From assembly GCF_030028105.1 (NCBI RefSeq), contig NC_092374.1, positions 189,417,074-189,481,073 of the forward strand: a DNA stretch of 64,000 nucleotides, read 5' to 3'. Each line of letters opens with the position of its first letter. Position 1 is the first letter of the stretch. This DNA is from Mobula birostris. Lineage: Eukaryota. The notes under the pieces were generated by a model. That model worked only from the letters and a program-made list of their open reading frames with translations, had not been told where the DNA came from and did not search any database. A program made the position numbers and the translations under genes. Below are positions 62,311 to 64,000 of this stretch, in pieces.

Positions 62311-63039
62311 GTTGGTACATTACATTTTTAATCCCTGTAAACTTTTCCTACAAATGATAGTGATTTATTTCCTTTCTCTTCTAATCTCAAAAGTCTTACA
62401 ATGGACAGGGTAAGGTCTGAGATAGATCAGTGACATTTTAGGAACATGGAATCTGAGTATAACCCTCCAGACTTGACTTTGGTTCCCTATTCATTCTGAC
62501 GCTATCTATGGGTCAGTCAGAGCTTGACTGCAATGGGTGGGATTCACTCATGCTCAACACCACTGGTACCACTCTAAAACTGAGATTAACACTTGAGCTC
62601 ATCTCTACTCCACCTGACTGTACAATTGCAGTCTTATTAAACAGACTGTTGCAAATTCTCTGAGGTACAATTGAGACAATAAGGAATCTCAAAGGACGCT
62701 GGTGATGAGAAGACTAAATATTTTGTTTCACAGGGTTAGGGAGTGACCAATATGCGGCAAGCCTTAACATAGTATAGGCCCTTCTTCCCTCCCACATTGC
62801 CCTCCATTTTTCTTTCATCCATGTGTCTCATCTAAGAGTCTCATCTGTGTCTCTAATGTATGTACCTGCACCATCACCGTGGGCAGCAGAGACCAATTTC
62901 TGTGAAAGAAAATGTATCTCAGCTATCCTCTCTATAGCATCATCCAATCACAATAAAATTATGCACTCTTATATTAGTCATTTCCAAATGGCTGTCCACT
63001 ATTATCATCTGGAAGAAGGTGCTGGCTACCCACTCTTAT

Positions 63040-64000
63040 CATTTTATAAAACTTCCCACTTCCTCCAAACTAAAGGTGTAGCTATGGGCACCCGTTTGGG
63101 TCCTAGGTATGCCTGCCTTTTTGTTGGCTTTGTGGAACAACCTATGTTTCAAATCTACTCTGGTATCTGACCCCACTTTTCCTTCTCTTCATCGACGACT
63201 GAATTGGTGCTGCTTCCTGCATGCATGCTGAGCTCATTGACTACATTAACTTTACCTCCAACTTTCACCTTGCCCTCAAGTTTACCTGGTCCATTTCCGA
63301 CACCTCCCTCCCCTTTCTAGATCCTTCTGTCTCTATCTCTGGAGACAGCTTATCTATTGATGTCTACTATAAGCCTACTGACTCTCACAGCTATCTGGAC
63401 TATTCCTCTTCTCATCCAACCTCTTGCAAAAATGCCATCCCCTTCTCGCAATTCCTCCGTCTCCGCCGCATCTGCTCTCAGGATGAGGCTTTTCATTCCA
63501 GAATGAGGGAGATGCCCTCCTTTTTTAAAGAAAAGGGCTTCCCTTCCTCCACCATCAACTCTGCTCTCAAACGCATCTCCCCCATTTCCCGCACATCTGC
63601 TCTCACTCCATCCTCCTGCCACACCACCAGGAATACGGTTCCCCTTGTCCGCACTTACCATCCCATCAGCCTCCGGGTCCAACATATTATTCTCCATAAC
63701 TTCCGCCGCCTCCAACGGGATCCCACCACTAAGCACATTTTTCCCTCCCTCTCTCTCTCTGCTTTCCGCAGGGATCGCTCCCTACACAATTCCCTTGTCC
63801 ATTCGTCCTCCCTATCCCTCCCCACCGATCTCCCTCCTGGCACTTATCCTTGTAAGCGGAACAAGTGCTACACATGCTCTTACACTTCCTTCCTTACCAC
63901 CATTCAGGCCCCCAGACAGTCCTTCCAGGTGAGGCGACACTTCACCTGTGAGTTGGCTAGGATGATATACTGCGTCCGGTGCTCCCGATGTGGCTTTCTA
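63040..64000 (+). mobile_element. Penelope-like element (RT C-terminal half into GIY-YIG), disrupted and truncated by the window end
   Basis: FLQTKGVAMGTRLGPRYACLFVG; FIDD followed by a stop; IYCVRCSRCG at the window edge. Confidence 0.9.

Larger units (their letters stand above)
50360..63050 (+). repeat. Segmental duplication, copy B
   Basis: Same collinear blocks as copy A, interrupted by different mobile-element insertions. Confidence 0.9.

Overview
Eukaryotic, repeat-dense vertebrate DNA. The repeat make-up (CR1 and L2 LINEs, Penelope-like elements, tRNA-derived SINEs, Tc1 relics) suggests a cartilaginous fish, probably a ray; this is an inference. The non-repeat content is a tandem pair of CD2/SLAM-family immunoglobulin-superfamily receptor genes on the + strand, about 50 kb apart, derived from a segmental duplication (~960-12360 vs ~50360-63050). 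Gene A can be modelled end to end: leader 4283-4343, IgV 9998-10306, IgC2 11343-11630, transmembrane ~14984-15100 followed by a GC-AG intron, cytoplasmic exons 16802-16880, 17870-17909 and 20426-20560, the last carrying an ITSM (TLYTEI). Gene A has two apparently damaged splice acceptors, so it is either a pseudogene or has shifted its splice sites. Gene B has clean leader (55319-55388), IgV (60756-61082) and IgC2 (62020-62310) exons and runs off the window. Almost all ORF-track entries are LINE or Penelope fragments or their antisense shadows. Penelope ends carry degenerate type I hammerhead ribozyme motifs. No CRISPR array, rRNA or true tRNA gene was seen. Repeat boundaries are approximate and were read by eye; no database searches were run.
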